Shown: positions 11,521 to 24,576 of the stretch, piece by piece | Layout of the letters: each line of letters starts with the position of its first letter | How positions within the stretch are numbered: the stretch's first letter is position 1 | From: Pristiophorus japonicus | Lineage: Eukaryota | Length of the DNA stretch: 64,000 bases | Direction: 5' to 3' | Assembly (NCBI RefSeq): GCF_044704955.1 | Contig: NC_091978.1 | Coordinates: forward strand, 112,840,001-112,904,000 | Program-made: the position numbers and the translations under genes | Notes under the pieces: generated by a model | What the model saw: only the letters and a program-made list of their open reading frames with translations | Database searches by the model: none | What the model was told of the DNA's origin: nothing

Positions 11521-12104
11521 CCTGAACACCTCCGCCACACTCCGGTGATTAATTGAATCCACAGCAATGAACACAGAGCCAGGGAGCCTGTACCAGAAAT
11601 ATGATTTTGGAAACCGGGGCGCCACACATGCAAAGCGGCAGTTGCGCACTGATCACTGAGAGCCAGGAAATGTGGGAAACCGATGCCGAAGCCAAACCAC
11701 GGATTTTCTGGACCAAACAATCCTGGATCAGAGAGGCCAACCTGTACTGACATTGGAATATTAATGGTATTAATATTTCCAGCGCAGGCATGATGGGCCA
11801 AATGGCCTTCTTCTGTGCTATATGATTCTATGATCTTACCTGGTATGAAATTACATAGTAGTATTACAGTACTTAACAATGGTTCCATATCACTATCCAT
11901 CACTGTAAAGGATGCTGATCCCTGCTAGTTCAATGGAACTTCTCATTGATCGAGTCTATTCCTGATGTCAACAGATTGTCTTTTCAGCAACTGTCAGCCT
12001 CAAAACAGAAAGCTAAATTTTCCACCTGTAAACTCCCTTACCTATGGGAGCATATATCAGGAAATTGCATGGACTCAAAACAAAAATTTCCATGCATCAT
12101 TTCT

Positions 12105-12176
12105 GAACAAAGAACTTGCGTTTGTATAGCAAACTTCACAACCTCAGGATGTCCGAAAGTTCTTCAAAACCAACTA
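12105..12176 (-). mobile_element. 3' tail of a SacSINE1-like SINE split by CR1 insertion
   Basis: AAGAACTTGCGTTTGTATAGC...CACAACCTCAGGATGTCC matches the SINE tails at 20080-20207, 22505-22620 and 40050-40110. The SINE body resumes at 15704. Confidence 0.6.
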
Positions 12177-13375
12177 CATAGAAACATTGAAAATAGGTAC
12201 AAGAGCAGGCCATTCGGCCCTTCGAGCCTGCACCACATTCAATAAGATCATGGCTGATCATTCACCTGAGTAGCCCTTTCCAGCTTTCCCTCCCTACCCC
12301 TTGATCCCTTTGGCCATAAGAGCCATAACCAACTCCCTCTTGAATATATCCAGTGAACTGGCATCAACAACTCTCTGCGGCAGGGAATTCCACAGGTGAA
12401 CAACTCTCTGAGTGAAGAAGTTTCTCCTCATCTCAGTCCTAAATGGCTTACCCCTTATCCTTAGACTGTGTCCCCTGGTTCTGGACTTCCCCAACATCGG
12501 GAACATTCTTCCTGCATCTAACCTGTCCAGTCCTGTCAGAATTTTATAAGTTTCAATGAGATCCCCTCTCTTCCTACTAAACTCCAGTGAATACAGGCCC
12601 AGTCGATCCAGTCTCTCCTCATATGTCAGTCCTACCATCCCAGGAATCAGTCTGGTGAACCTTCGCTGCACTCCCTCAATAGCAAGAACGTCCTTCCTCA
12701 GATTAGGAGACCAAAACTGAACACAATATTCCAGGTGAGGCCTCACCAAGGCCCTGTACAACTGCAGTAAGACCTCCCTGCTCCTATACTCAAATCCTCT
12801 AGCTATGAAAGCCAACATACCATTTGCCTTCTTCACTGCCTGCTGTACCTGCATGCCAACTTTCAATGACTGATGAACCATGACACCCAGGTCTCGTTGC
12901 ACCTCCCCTTTTCCTAATCTGCTGCCATTCAGATAATATCCTGCCTTCGTGTTTTTGCCACCAAAGTGGATAACCTCACATTTATCCACATTATACTGCA
13001 TCTGCCATGCATTTGTCCACTCACCTAACCTGTCCAACTCACCCTGCAGCCTCTTAGCGTCCTCCTCACAGATCACACCACCACCCAGCTTAGTATCATC
13101 TGCAAACTTGGAGATATTACACTCAATTCCTTAATCTAAATCATTAATATATATTGTAAATAGCTGGGGTTCCAACACTGAGCCCTGCGGCACCCCACTA
13201 GTCACTGCCTGCCATTCTGAAAAGGACCCATTTATCCCGACTCTCTGCTTTCTGTCTGCCAACCAGTTCTCTATCCATGTCAGTACATTACCCCCAATAC
13301 CATGTGCTTTAATTTTGCACACCAATCTCTTGTGTGAGACTTTGTCAAAAGCCTTTTGAAAGTCCAAATATATCA
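12177..13375 (-). mobile_element. CR1 LINE, 5'-truncated (RT C-terminal half and 3' UTR)
   Basis: ORFs 12294-13076 and 13131-13412 ([34 protein letters not shown]). CATAGAAA tail at 12177. Confidence 0.95.
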
Positions 13376-15703
13376 CATAGAAACATAGAAAATAGGTGCA
13401 GGAGTAGGCCATTCAGCCCTTCGAGCCTGCACCACCATTCAATAAGATCATGGTTGATCATTCCCTCAGTACCCCTTTCCTGCTTTCTCTCCATACCCCT
13501 TGATCCCTTTAGCCACAAGGATCATATCTAACTCCCTCTTGAATATATCCAATGAACTGGCATCAACAACTCTCTGCGGGAGGGAATTCCACAGGTTAAC
13601 AACTCTCTGAGTGAAGAAGTTTCTCCTCATCTCAGTCCTAAATGGCTTACCCCTAATTCTTAGACTGTGTCCTCTGGTTCTGTACTTCCCCAACATCGGG
13701 AACATTCTTCCTGCATCTAACCTGTCCAGTCCCATCAGAATTTTATATATTTTTATGATATTCCCTCTCATCCTTCTAAACTCCAGTGAATACAGGCCCA
13801 GTCGATCCAGTCTCTCCTCATATGTCAGTCCTGCCATCCCGGGAATCAGTCTGGTGAACCTTTGCTGCATTTCCTCAATAGCAAGAATGTCCTTCCTCAG
13901 ATTGGAGAACAAAACTGAACACGATATTCCAGGTGAGGCCTCACCAAGGCCCTGTACAACGGCAGTAAGACCTCCCTGCTCCTATACTCAAATCCCCTAG
14001 CTATGAAGGCCAACATATCATTTGCCTTATTCACTGCCTGCTGTACCTGCATGCCAACTTTCAATGACTGATATACCATGACACCCAGTTCTCAATACAC
14101 CTCCCCTTTTCCTAATCTGCTGCCATTCAGATAATATTCTGCCTTCATGTTTTTGCCCCCAAAGTGGATAACCTCACATTTATCCACATTATACTGCATC
14201 TGCCATGCATTTGCCCACTCACCTAACCTGGCCAAGTCACCCTGCAGCCTCTTAGCATCCTCCTCACAGCTCACACTGCCACCCAGCTTAGTGTCATCTG
14301 CAAACTTGGAGATATTACACTCAATTCCTTCATCTAAATCATTAATGTATATTGTAAAGAGCTGGGGTCCAGCACTGAGCCCTGCGGCACCCCACTAGTC
14401 ACTGCCTGCCATTCTGAAAAGGACCCGTTTTTCCAGACTCTCTGCTTCCTGTCTGCCAACCAGTTCTCTATCCACGTCAGTACATTACCCCCAATACCAT
14501 GTGCTTTGATTTTGCACACCAATCTTGTGTGTGGGACCTTGTCAAAAGCCTTTTGAAAGTCCAAATACACCACATCCACTGGTTCTCCCTTATCCACTCT
14601 ACTAGTTACATCCTCAAAATATTCTAGAAGATTTGTCAAGCATGATTTCCCTTTCATTAATCCATGCTGACTTGGACTGATCCTGTCACTGCTTTCCAAA
14701 TGTGCTGCTATTTCATCTTTAATAATTGATTCCAACATTTTCCCCACTACTGATGTCAGGCTAACCGGTCTATAATTACCTGTTTTCTCTCTCCTTCCTT
14801 TTTTAAAAAGTGGTGTTACATTAGCTATCCTGCAGTCCATAGGAACTGATCCAGATTCGACAGACTGTTGGGAAATGATCACCAATGCATCCACTATTTC
14901 TAGGGCCACTTCCTTAAATACTCTGGGATGCACACTATCGGCCTTCAATCCGATCAATTTCCCTAACACAATTTCCTGACTAATAAGGATTTCCTTCAAT
15001 TCCTCCTTCTCACTAGATCCTTGGTCCCCTAGTATTTCCGGAAGGTTATTTGTGTCTTCCTTCGTGAAAACAGAACCAAAGTATTTGTTCAACTGGTCTG
15101 ACATTTCTTTGTTCCCCATTATAAATTCACTTGAATCTGACTGCAAGGGACCTACATTTGTATTCACTAATCTTTTTCTCTTCACATAATTATAGAAGCT
15201 TTTTCAGTCAGTTTTTATATTCCCGGCAAGCTTCCTCTGATACTCTATTTCCCCCCTCTTAATTAAACTCTTTGTCCTCCTCTGCTGAATTCTAAATTTC
15301 TCCCAGTCCTCAGGTTTGCCTCTTTTTCTGGCCAATTTATATGCCTCTTCCTTGGATTTAACACTATCCTTAATTTCCCTTGTTAGCAACGGTTGAGCCA
15401 CCATCCCCGTTTTATTTTTATGCCAGACAGGGATGTACAATTGTTGATGTTCATCCATGTGATCTTTAAATATCTGCCATTGCCTATCCACCGTCAACCC
15501 TTTAAGTATCATTCGCCAGTCTATTCTAGCCAATTCACGTCTCATACCATCAAAGTTACCTTTCCTTAAGTTCAGGACCCTAGTCTCTGAATTAACTGTG
15601 TCACTCTCCATCTTAATAAAGAATTCTACCATATTATGGTCACTCTTCCCCAAGGGCCCTCGCACAATATGATTGCTAATTAGTCCTCTCTCATTACACA
15701 TCA
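13376..15703 (-). mobile_element. CR1 LINE, 5'-truncated, head-to-tail with the previous copy
   Basis: ORFs 13466-13912, 14334-15185 (NYRPVSLTS, QHG, SCLTNLL) and 15204-15700 (SDHNMV). (CATAGAAA)2 tail at 13376. Confidence 0.95.
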
Positions 15704-15995
15704 CTGTTGTTTCGTAGGCAAATGTGACAGTGAATTTGTGTACAGTAAAGTCCCATGCTTTAGTGATGTTGGTTGAGAAATAAATGCTGTCCAGGATACA
15801 GGGCAAACATCCTTGCTGCTCTTCAAATAATGCCACGGGATCTTTTACATGCACCTGAACAGACAGGCAGGCCTTGGGTTAACATTTATTCTGAAAGACA
15901 GCGCCTCTGAAAATATAGCACTTCCTCAGTACTGCACTGAAATGTCAGCTGAGAATATGCTGAAGTCATGGAGTGTGCCTTGAACCCACAACCTT
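15704..15995 (-). mobile_element. SacSINE1-like SINE body (continuation of 12105-12176)
   Basis: Colinear continuation of the SINE. The reverse B box TTGAACCC is near 15980. Confidence 0.65.
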
Positions 15996-16262
15996 ATTTC
16001 AGTGGAACTGTACACTGACAGAGCCTATTGTACATGCCCATTTTCTGTCCATTCAATTTACTGCATGTAAAATCATTAATTGGAAGCATGTGATTTTTTG
16101 ATATAAATCCATCGGAAAAGGCATTTCACTGAAGCTGGAGGAGGAGATTAGAGGAAATATTTCTCTGATTAGTTAGAGAGTATTGAAAAGGACTTTTGTG
16201 GAATAACTAAAATCTAAGTATTCATATTGAAATGACTCCTCTCCTGTTCATAAGAACATAAG

Positions 16263-16705
16263 GATGATACCAGAAATGCGAGGGTATACATATCAGGAAA
16301 GGATGAACAGGCTGGGTCTCTTTTCTCCTGAAAAAAGAAGGTTGAGAGGTGACCTAATAGAGGTCTTTAAAATGATGAAAGTTTTTGATAGAGTGGATAC
16401 AGAGAGAATGTTTCCACTATTGGGAAAGAGCATAACTCGAGACCATCAATCTACGATAGTCACCAAGAAATTCTTTACCCAAAGCGTGGTAAGAATGTGA
16501 AACTCGCTACAACAGGGAGTGGTTGAAGTGAATAGTATCGATATATTTAAGGGGAGGCTAGATAAGCATATGAGGGAGAAGGGAATAGAGGGTTATGCTG
16601 ATAGAGTTAGATGAGGAAAGATAGGAGGAGGCTCGAGTGGACATAAACATCGACATGGGCTGAATGGCCTTTTTCTGTGCCATATATCCTATATAATCCA
16701 ATATA
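16263..16705 (+). mobile_element. CR1 3' fragment inserted in the tail of the - strand CR1
   Basis: ORF 16264-16500 (MIPEMRGYTYQERMNRLGLFS...LRGDLIEVFK). 3' UTR ...GAATGGCC...CTGTGC with a short repeat tail. Confidence 0.85.
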
Positions 16706-17080
16706 ATAAGAAATAGGAGCAGGAATATTCAGCCCTTCGAGCCTGCTCCGCCATTCAATAAGCTCATGGCTGATCCTCTACCTCAACTCCACTTTTCCGT
16801 CCTATTCCCATATCCCTTGATTCTCTTAGTGCCCAAAAATCTATCAATCTCTGTCTTGAATTTACTTAATGACTAAGCATCTACAGCCCTCTGGGGTAGA
16901 GAATTCCAAAGAGTTATAACCCCTTAAGTGAAAAAAATCTCTTCGTATCTTCGTCCTAAATGTCCAATCCTTTATTCTGTGACCCCTGCCAGGGGAAACA
17001 TCCTCTCTGCATCTACCCTGTTAAGTGCCTTAAGAATTTTATATGTTTCAATGAGTTCACCTTTCATTCTTCTAAACTCG

Positions 17081-18709
17081 ATGGAATTAAAGGAAATGAT
17101 TATTAGTAAGAAAATAGTGCTGGAGAAACTAATGGGACTGAAGGCCGATAAATCCCCAGGGCCTGATGATCTGCATCCCAGAGTACTAAAACAGGTAGCC
17201 ATGGAAATAGTAGATTTCTATAGATTATGGAACAGTTCCTGCAGCTTGGCAGGTGGCAAATGTAAACCCACTATTTAAAAAAGGAGGGAGAGAGAAAATG
17301 GGGAATGACAGACCGGTTAGCCTAACATCAAAAGTAAGGAAAATGCTGGAATCTATTATAAAGGATGTGATAATGGCAGACTTAGATAATATCAACGGGA
17401 TTAGACAAAGCCAACATGGATTTATGAAAGGGAAATCATGTTTGACAAACCTACTGGAGTTTTTTGAGGCTGTAACTGATAGGAAAGATAAGGGAGAATC
17501 AGTGGATGTAGTGCATTTGGATTTTCAGAAGGCCTTTGATAAAGTCTTGATAAGAGGTTCGTGTGCAAAGTTAAAGCACATAGGATTGGGGGTAATGTAT
17601 TGGCATGGATTGAAAATTGGTTAACTGACAGGAAACAGAGTAGGAATAAACGGGTCTTTTTCAGGGTGGTGGGCAGTGACTAATGGGGATCAGTGACACA
17701 GGGATCAGTGTTTGGGCCCCAGCTATTCACAATATATATAAATGATTTGGATGAGGGAACCAAATGTAATATTTCCAAGTTTGTTGACGACACAAAACTA
17801 GGTGGGATTGTGAGTTGTGAGGAGGATGCAAAGACGCTGCAAAGCAATTTAGATAGGTTGAGTGAGTGGGCAAATACATGGCAGATGCAATATAACGTGG
17901 ATAAATGTGAAATTATCCACTTTGGTAGGAAAAACATAAGGACAAAGTATTTTTTAATTGGTGATGGCTTGGAAAGTGTCGATGTACAGAGAGACCTGGG
18001 TGTCCTTGTACACCAGTCATTGAAAGCAAACATGCAGGTGCAGCAAGCAGTTAGGAAGGCAAATGGTATGTTGGCCTTCATTGCAAGAGGATTTGAGTAC
18101 AGGAGCAAGGATGTCTTACTACAGTTATACAGGGCCTTGGTGAGACCACACCTGGAGTATTGTGTGCCGTTTTGATCTCCTTACCTAAGAAAGGATATAC
18201 TTGAAATAGAGGGAGTGCAGCAAAGGTTCATCAGACTGATTCCTGGGATGGCAGGACTGTTGTATGAGAGATTGGATCGACTAGGCCTGTATTCACTAGA
18301 CTTTAGAAGAATGAGAGGGCAACTTATTGAAACATGTAAAATTTTGTCTGGGTTGGATAGACTGGATGCGGGGAGGATGTTTCCCCTGGCTGGGAAGTCT
18401 AGAACAAGGGGTCATAGCCTCAGGATACGGGGTAGGAAATTTAGGACCGAGATGAGGAGAAACTTTTTCACTCAGAGGGTGGTGAACCTATGGAATTCTC
18501 TACCACAGAAGGCTGTGGAGGCCAAGTCACTGAATAAATTAAGAGGGAGATAGATAGATTTCTAGAAACAAAAGGCATCAAGGGATATGGGGGAAAAGCA
18601 GGAATATGGTGTTGAGTTAATCAGCCATGATCATATTGAATGGCAGTACAGACTCGAAGGGCCGAATGGCCTACTACTGCTCCTATTTTCGATGTTTCTA
18701 TGTTTCTAC
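17081..18709 (+). mobile_element. CR1 LINE, 5'-truncated, nested
   Basis: ORFs 17253-17624, 17693-18175 and 18215-18553 (RT). Tail ATGTTTCTATGTTTCTA at about 18693-18708. Confidence 0.93.
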
Positions 18710-19718
18710 GAACATAGGCCTAGTCTACTCAATCTCTTCTCATAGGACAATCTCCTCATCCTAGGACTTAGTCTGGTGACTCTTCATTGCAAGTGTATCC
18801 TTCCTTAGCGAAGGAGACCAAAACTGTGCACAGTACTCCAGATGTGGTCTCACCAGGGCCCGATATAATTGCAATAAGACTTCTTTACTCTTATACTCCA
18901 ATGCTTTTGTAATAAAAGCTGACATACCATTTGCTTTCCTAATTGCTTGCTGTACCTGCAGGTTAACTTTCAGTGATTCATGTACAAGGACACCTAGGTC
19001 CCTCTGAACACTAACATTTCCCAGTCTCTCGCCTTTTAAAAAATATTCTGCTTTTCTATTTGTCCTACAAAAGTGGATAACCACACTTCTCCATCTTATT
19101 TTAATCCGTCACTTTCTTGCCCAATCACTTAACCTGTCTATATCCCTTTACAGCCTCTTTGCATCTTTCCCACCTAGCTTTCTATCGTCAGCAAACTTGG
19201 ATACATTACACTTGGTCCCCTCCTCTAAGTCATTGATGTAGATTGTCAATAGCTGAGGCCCAAGTACTGATCCTTGCGATACCTACAAGTTACAACCTAT
19301 CAACACAAAAATTACGCTTTATCCCTACTCTCTGTTTTCTGTCCGTTAACCAATCCTCAATCCATGCTAATCCATGAACTCATCCTCCACAACTAGTACT
19401 GCAAATTTAGTTTGCCCAGTCTATATGTAGATTAAAGTCACCCATGATTACCTCTAATTTTCTGATTTATACTCCGTCCCACACTACAACGACTGTTAGG
19501 GTGCCAAAAAAACACTCCCACCAATGTTTTCCGTCCTTGTTGTTTCTTAGCTGCACCCAAGCTGATTCGACATCTTGATTTTTCGAGATACGATCCTTTC
19601 TCTCTACTGTGTTTACCCCATCCTTTACTATCAGGGTTATCCACTGGACCACATCCCCCCTCCACCCCCATCCCCACCACCACCTTTTCCATTTTGGACA
19701 AAATGTTCCATAGTCATA

Positions 19719-19910
19719 CAAAAGCAAAATACTGAGGATGCTGGAAACCTGAAATAAAAACAGAAAATACTGGAAATACTCAGCAGGTCAGGCAGCATCA
19801 TGGAGAGAAAATGTCTGACAAAAAGTCATCGAGCTGAAACATTCTGTTCCTCTCTCCACAGATGCTGCCCAACCTGCTGAGTATTTCCAGCATTTTCTGT
19901 TTTTATTCCA
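19719..19910. mobile_element. Palindromic Penelope-related element with a degenerate hammerhead in the loop
   Basis: Arms 19753-19808 and 19851-19907 are near-perfect inverted repeats. The loop reads CTGACAA-A-AAGTC-ATC-GAGCT-GAAAC. The Penelope assignment is by recall. Confidence 0.6.
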
Positions 19911-20079
19911 CAGTAATATTCTTTTAAAACATTTAATTTTGTCAATGTTGTATAACTCCAAATAAATTACAGTGAAATGTTAACACCTAATATGCACAAA
20001 CACAAATGCTGGGCAGTATTTTCCTGTCATTTCATTTTAGTAATTGAACAAGGCTATTTACTTGCTTGTGAAACAGACT

Positions 20080-20207
20080 GTGCAGTTTGTAAATAGAGCT
20101 TTCCCCGACATTACAACAATGACTGAACTTCAAATGTATTTTGATTGTGAAGTACTGTGGGAAATCCTGAGGTCAAGAAAGGCACTATATAAATGCAAAT
20201 CTTTCTA
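20080..20207 (+). mobile_element. SINE/LINE 3' tail fragment (SacSINE1-like)
   Basis: CATTACAACAATGACT...CCTGAGGTCAAGAAAGGCACTATATAAATGCAAATCTTTCT. Reverse copies are at 22505-22620 and 40050-40110. Confidence 0.6.
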
Positions 20208-20794
20208 TGTTTAAAGCTGGTCCCATGTCAGTTAACATTATGTAATTGCACATGGCTGTTGCTGCCATCTAGTGGTTAATTTGTACTGTGCTATGTGCAG
20301 CCAAAACATATACGGCTAAATCAAACACTCCTAAAATGTCAAAAGAGTACCTTTTGATACTTAACAGAAGACTTTTATTGTGCAGCCTAGAGACCATACG
20401 TACCATCGCCAGTGGTACACCGGGTTACTGTAAGGTTGGGATATGGAAACTCGCGCCTTTGAAAGTTCCACCCCGTCCTACGCTATTGGCAGAAATTAGA
20501 TCTTTACAAAGCCTGCAGAATCGCCAACATAAGCTGATTTGAAATGTGACGGAATCCACTATTTGTCACAATGAGCTTATTACGAAAGTGCACACCTTTA
20601 TATTTACAGAGTACTGCTTCGCTGTACTGACATGTATACATGGATGAACTGAAAACCCTGCAGCTGTTGTTCAGATGTAACCTCTCCAACCAACTTCTCA
20701 CACGTCAGAACAAGAGTATTTTGCTCACTAAGCAAGTTTCCAATTAGTGTGACTTACTCCTTTAATATATTTTATTATAAATGTGCTCCACCAG

Positions 20795-20880
20795 GTATCT
20801 TTCACAAAGGATTGTGGAGAAGATGACGAGTGCATCAATGACTTGACACTTACTGCCCAGACAGACTTGAAGGGTGACAG
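20795..20880 (+). CDS. ITGA1: Integrin alpha-1-like exon (86 nt, genu)
   Basis: ccAG|GTA...AG|GTAATA, phase 0/2. Encodes VSFTKDCGEDDECINDLTLTAQTDLKGD(S), containing the integrin genu motif FxKDCGxDxxCxxDL. Confidence 0.95.
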
Positions 20881-21059
20881 GTAATAAGGCTTACAATATA
20901 AAATACTTGCACAAATGTCTATTGGCATTCATGTTCATTTTAATTACTCTTGATCTCCTCTGTGTCTTTTGATGAGGTAATGAAAATCATGTTTCTTTTA
21001 TTTCTTAGAAGCCATCATTTATTTATGTTTCTCACAAGTCCAAATCAATAGCTGCTTCT

Positions 21060-21700
21060 ATTTGCCTTTGATTGCTTCACCCTTAGTCCTTCTTCACATA
21101 TTGACATCCTTAGTCTCGATATCTGCTGACCTCAAAAGCAACTTCTGCATCTCCTCCATCGAGAAAGCTGCCATCAAGCTCAGTTATCTCTTTGGTGCCA
21201 AACTTTTTTTTTTCACTCAACAACTCTTAATGCTCTATAAAGCTCAATCTATCTAACACATGAATATTTTTTCCTATATATGGAGAAGCTCTTCTTACTG
21301 TTATGGACAGGATACAAGCTAAGGTTTGTCATTTGATAGACAATTTCTCTCTCATCTCTAGCCTTCAAACTCCCCATCGCTGTCAAAATGTTCCTTTGTC
21401 TCTCAATTTTACCAATACTTCTATGGCTATTACTGCTCTGAACTTTTTTTATTGTTGCTCCTAAGCTCCAAATATGCTGTCCTACCTAATCTTCATCTTT
21501 GAAAATCACTGTGTTGAAATCAAGACTCATTGCTTAATCTTTTACTGTTGCAATTATTTCCCAAGGCTGCAAAATTATGGAGCTCCTTGTCTCCCTTGGT
21601 CTTTCCATCCTCCTACAATCTTCACGCTTATAAATCTCAAGCTTAGCAAGATCTAATCACTGCTCTTGATTTACCTCGGCTTCACTCCTATTCTTCTGCA
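21060..21700 (+). mobile_element. Very old CR1/Jockey-group LINE 3' fragment
   Basis: Residual peptide SIEKAAIKLSYLFGAKLFFFTQQLLMLYKAQ followed by a degraded HR...FYQYFYGY.CSE segment, typical of the post-RT region. The same region is seen in 63290-64000. Confidence 0.45.
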
Positions 21701-21936
21701 GTCACTATTGGAGGCAAAACAGTCAGTGCGAGAATAAACAGGTTTTCTCACATTATGCTTACAATGACATTTTTTCTCGCATAGCTGAACTGAAAACAAT
21801 AAACCCACTGTTCTTTTCAAGTGTGATATTATCCTGCACTATGAGCCTTTCCCCTTTGCTTCAGTCTCTCAATGAAAAGCAATATTTTTTCACCATCTTA
21901 AAATGACAAATACTGATCTTAAATTCATGCTTACAG

Positions 21937-22072
21937 CATGCATCCTTATATCGTCCAACCTGATCAGAAAAAATTCAGTCTGGCAATTAAATTAATAAAC
22001 CAACAGGAAAACGCCTACAACTCAAGAATAGCTGTGACCTTCTCTAAAAATATCTACTTCACTGGAGTTGAG
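21937..22072 (+). CDS. ITGA1: Integrin alpha-1-like exon (136 nt, calf-1)
   Basis: ttacAG|C...GAG|GTAAGG, phase 2/0. Encodes MHPYIVQPDQKKFSLAIKLINQQENAYNSRIAVTFSKNIYFTGVE with the integrin ENAYN motif. Confidence 0.95.
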
Positions 22073-24576
22073 GTAAGGGAACACCAGTCTTACTAATAAG
22101 TTTTGTGTCTGTACCAATGAATCTAGAAGTCCTACTTGCTTTCTTATTCACCATGATTTTATCTATCACGTGTCTAGCAGTGCTCAATTAGATCCAAGAC
22201 CCATAAGAAAGAAAGCATCATTTGCCAGTTTTGTTTGGCTGCTGGTAAATTCCCTGACTACTGACAAAAACAAAAGTTGGTGTGTTCGAATGTTGGCTGC
22301 ATGATTTCACTTCAAATATTGCTTACCCTGGCAGGAAAACCGTGCGCCACTGTGTTGCACTCGAATGTACACTTGATTGACGGTGAGTGAGGAAGCAGAA
22401 AAAATCCAGGAGTAGGAGTAGTATATTATATGAGTAGGATGGTTATTGACCTTCAGCTTGGCGAAGCCACCCCACCTCCCGCCCCCACTCTCTGCTTTCA
22501 ATCAAAGAAAGAGAAACTTGCATTTATATGGTGCCTTTTACAACTTCTGGACATCCCAAAGCCCTTTTTTTGCAGCCAATGAAGCACTTATTGAAGTGTT
22601 GTCACTGTTATAATGTAGGGATTTTAAAGCTAGTCTCCTTAAAGGCTTTCAAAGGTTTATAGTTAATGCTTCTAATTTGCTCCCTTCTGTTAGTTGCCTT
22701 ATCCTGCAAGGAGAGTAGTGTCGAGAGGAAGGATGTGTCAGGAGCAAATACAGTGATACCCAAGTGGCCATCCTGCAACCCATCTCATGTTTGAGTAAAT
22801 GAACATGTATGATGTACCTGGCTTTTGAGTGAAGGATCTTTTTATTGGAGCCTTTTTAAGATGTAATTGTACTACAACTTTTTCAGTGCGGCATGTGGGA
22901 AGTCCTGGACGCTTCGCACAGCCTAGACAACCATGTGTGCAGGAGGTGTCTCCAGCTTCAACTACTCGAGCTCCGCGTTTCGGAGCTGGAGCAGTGGGTG
23001 GAGTCAATATGGTGCATCCGCGAGGCTGAGAGCTATGTAGATAGCACGTTTCAGGAGCTTAAACGTCACCCCGCAGCTTAAAGGTGTGCAAGCAGCGGGG
23101 AAGTGGGTGACCACCAGATGTAGTAAGAATGCTAGGCAGGTAGCGCAGGTGTCGCCCCGGGACTCCATCTCGCTTTCAAACCGATATTCACTTTTGAGTA
23201 TCGGTAAGGACGATGGCGCCTCTGGAGAGTGCAGCCAGAGCCAATTCCAAGGCACCACGGGTGGCTCAGCTGCACAGGGGAGAGGGACGAAGAATAAAAG
23301 AGCTCTAATGATAGGGGATTCTGTAGTTAGGGGAACAGACAGGCATTTCTGCGGCCGTAGATGTGACTCCGAATGGTTTGGTGCCTCCCTGGTGCCACGG
23401 TCAAGGATGTCACAGAGTGGACGATGGGCATTATGGAAGGGGAGTGTAAACATCTAGAGGTCATGGTCCATATCGGGACCAATTACATAGGTAAAATGAG
23501 GGATGAGGTCCTACAGGCAGAATTCAGGGAGCTAGGAAGAAAATTAAAGGTTAGAACCTCAAAGGTAGTAATCTCCGGGTTACTACCGGTGCCGCATGCT
23601 AATGAGTATAAGAATAGAAGGATAGAGAGGATCAACACGTGGCTGGAAGGTTGGTGTAGGAGGGAGGGCTTTAAATTCTTGAGGCATTGGGACCGCTTCT
23701 GGGGGAGATGGGACCTGCACAAACCGGACAGATTGCACCTCAACAGCGCCAGGACCAATATCCTCGCGGGTAGTTTTGCTAGTGCTGTTGGGGAGAGTTT
23801 AAACTAGCTCGGCAGGGGAATGGGAACCTGAGAACAAATTCAAAAGGGAAGGAAGTAAAGCAGAAATTGGATAGCAAGAATCTAGAAAGTGAATCTGTAA
23901 GACTGAGGAAACAAGGCTTAGTAAGTAGTAAGCAAGGAGATCTTCCTGTGCTAAATGGTATATACTTTAATGCAAGGAGTATAGCGAATAAGGCGGATGA
24001 GCTACGAACACAGGTAGATACTTGGGAGTATGACATTATAACCATTACAGAAACATGGCTGAAAGAGGGGCAAGTTTGGCAGATCAATATTCCTTGCTAC
24101 AGGATTTTTAGACAAGATAGAGAGGAGGGTAAAAAGGGCTGGGTCGCGGTACTAATTAAAGAAACTATTACAACGGTGAGGAGGGATGATATGTTAGAGG
24201 GATCATCAAATGTTCCCATATGGGTCGAATTGAAAAATAAGAAAGGGGCGATCACAATGCTGGGCGTGTATTATAGATCCCCAAACAGTGGGAGGGAGAT
24301 AGAGCAGCAAATATGTAGGCAAATCGCTGTGATGTCCAAAAACCATAGGGTAGTAATAGTAGGGGATTTTAACAATCCAAATATTGATTGGGACAAATTC
24401 AGTGTGAAGGTTATAGAGGTTACGGAATTCTTGAGATGCATTCAAGAGAACTTTTTTGTCAGTATGTAGCAAGCACAACACAAGAGGGTCAGTCTTGGAT
24501 TTAGTTTTGGGGAATAAAGCTGGGCAAGTTGAAGGGGTATTAGTGGGAGAGCACTTGGGTGCCAGTGACCATAATT

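Larger units (their letters stand above)
16249..19700 (-). mobile_element. Older CR1 LINE (-) interrupted by two + strand CR1 copies
   Basis: Tail CATAAGAACATAAG at 16249 and 3' part at 16706-17080. The reading LSRLGL.S|.EFRRM is continuous across 18710 and 17080. RT at 18761-19370 and an endonuclease fragment at 19380-19700. Confidence 0.8.

Noticed and set aside
20791-20800. AG|GT at exon starts (20795 and 58527) as recursive splice sites
   Set aside because: The GT comes from Val codons, and the following bases (ATCT, TTCT) are poor donor matches.
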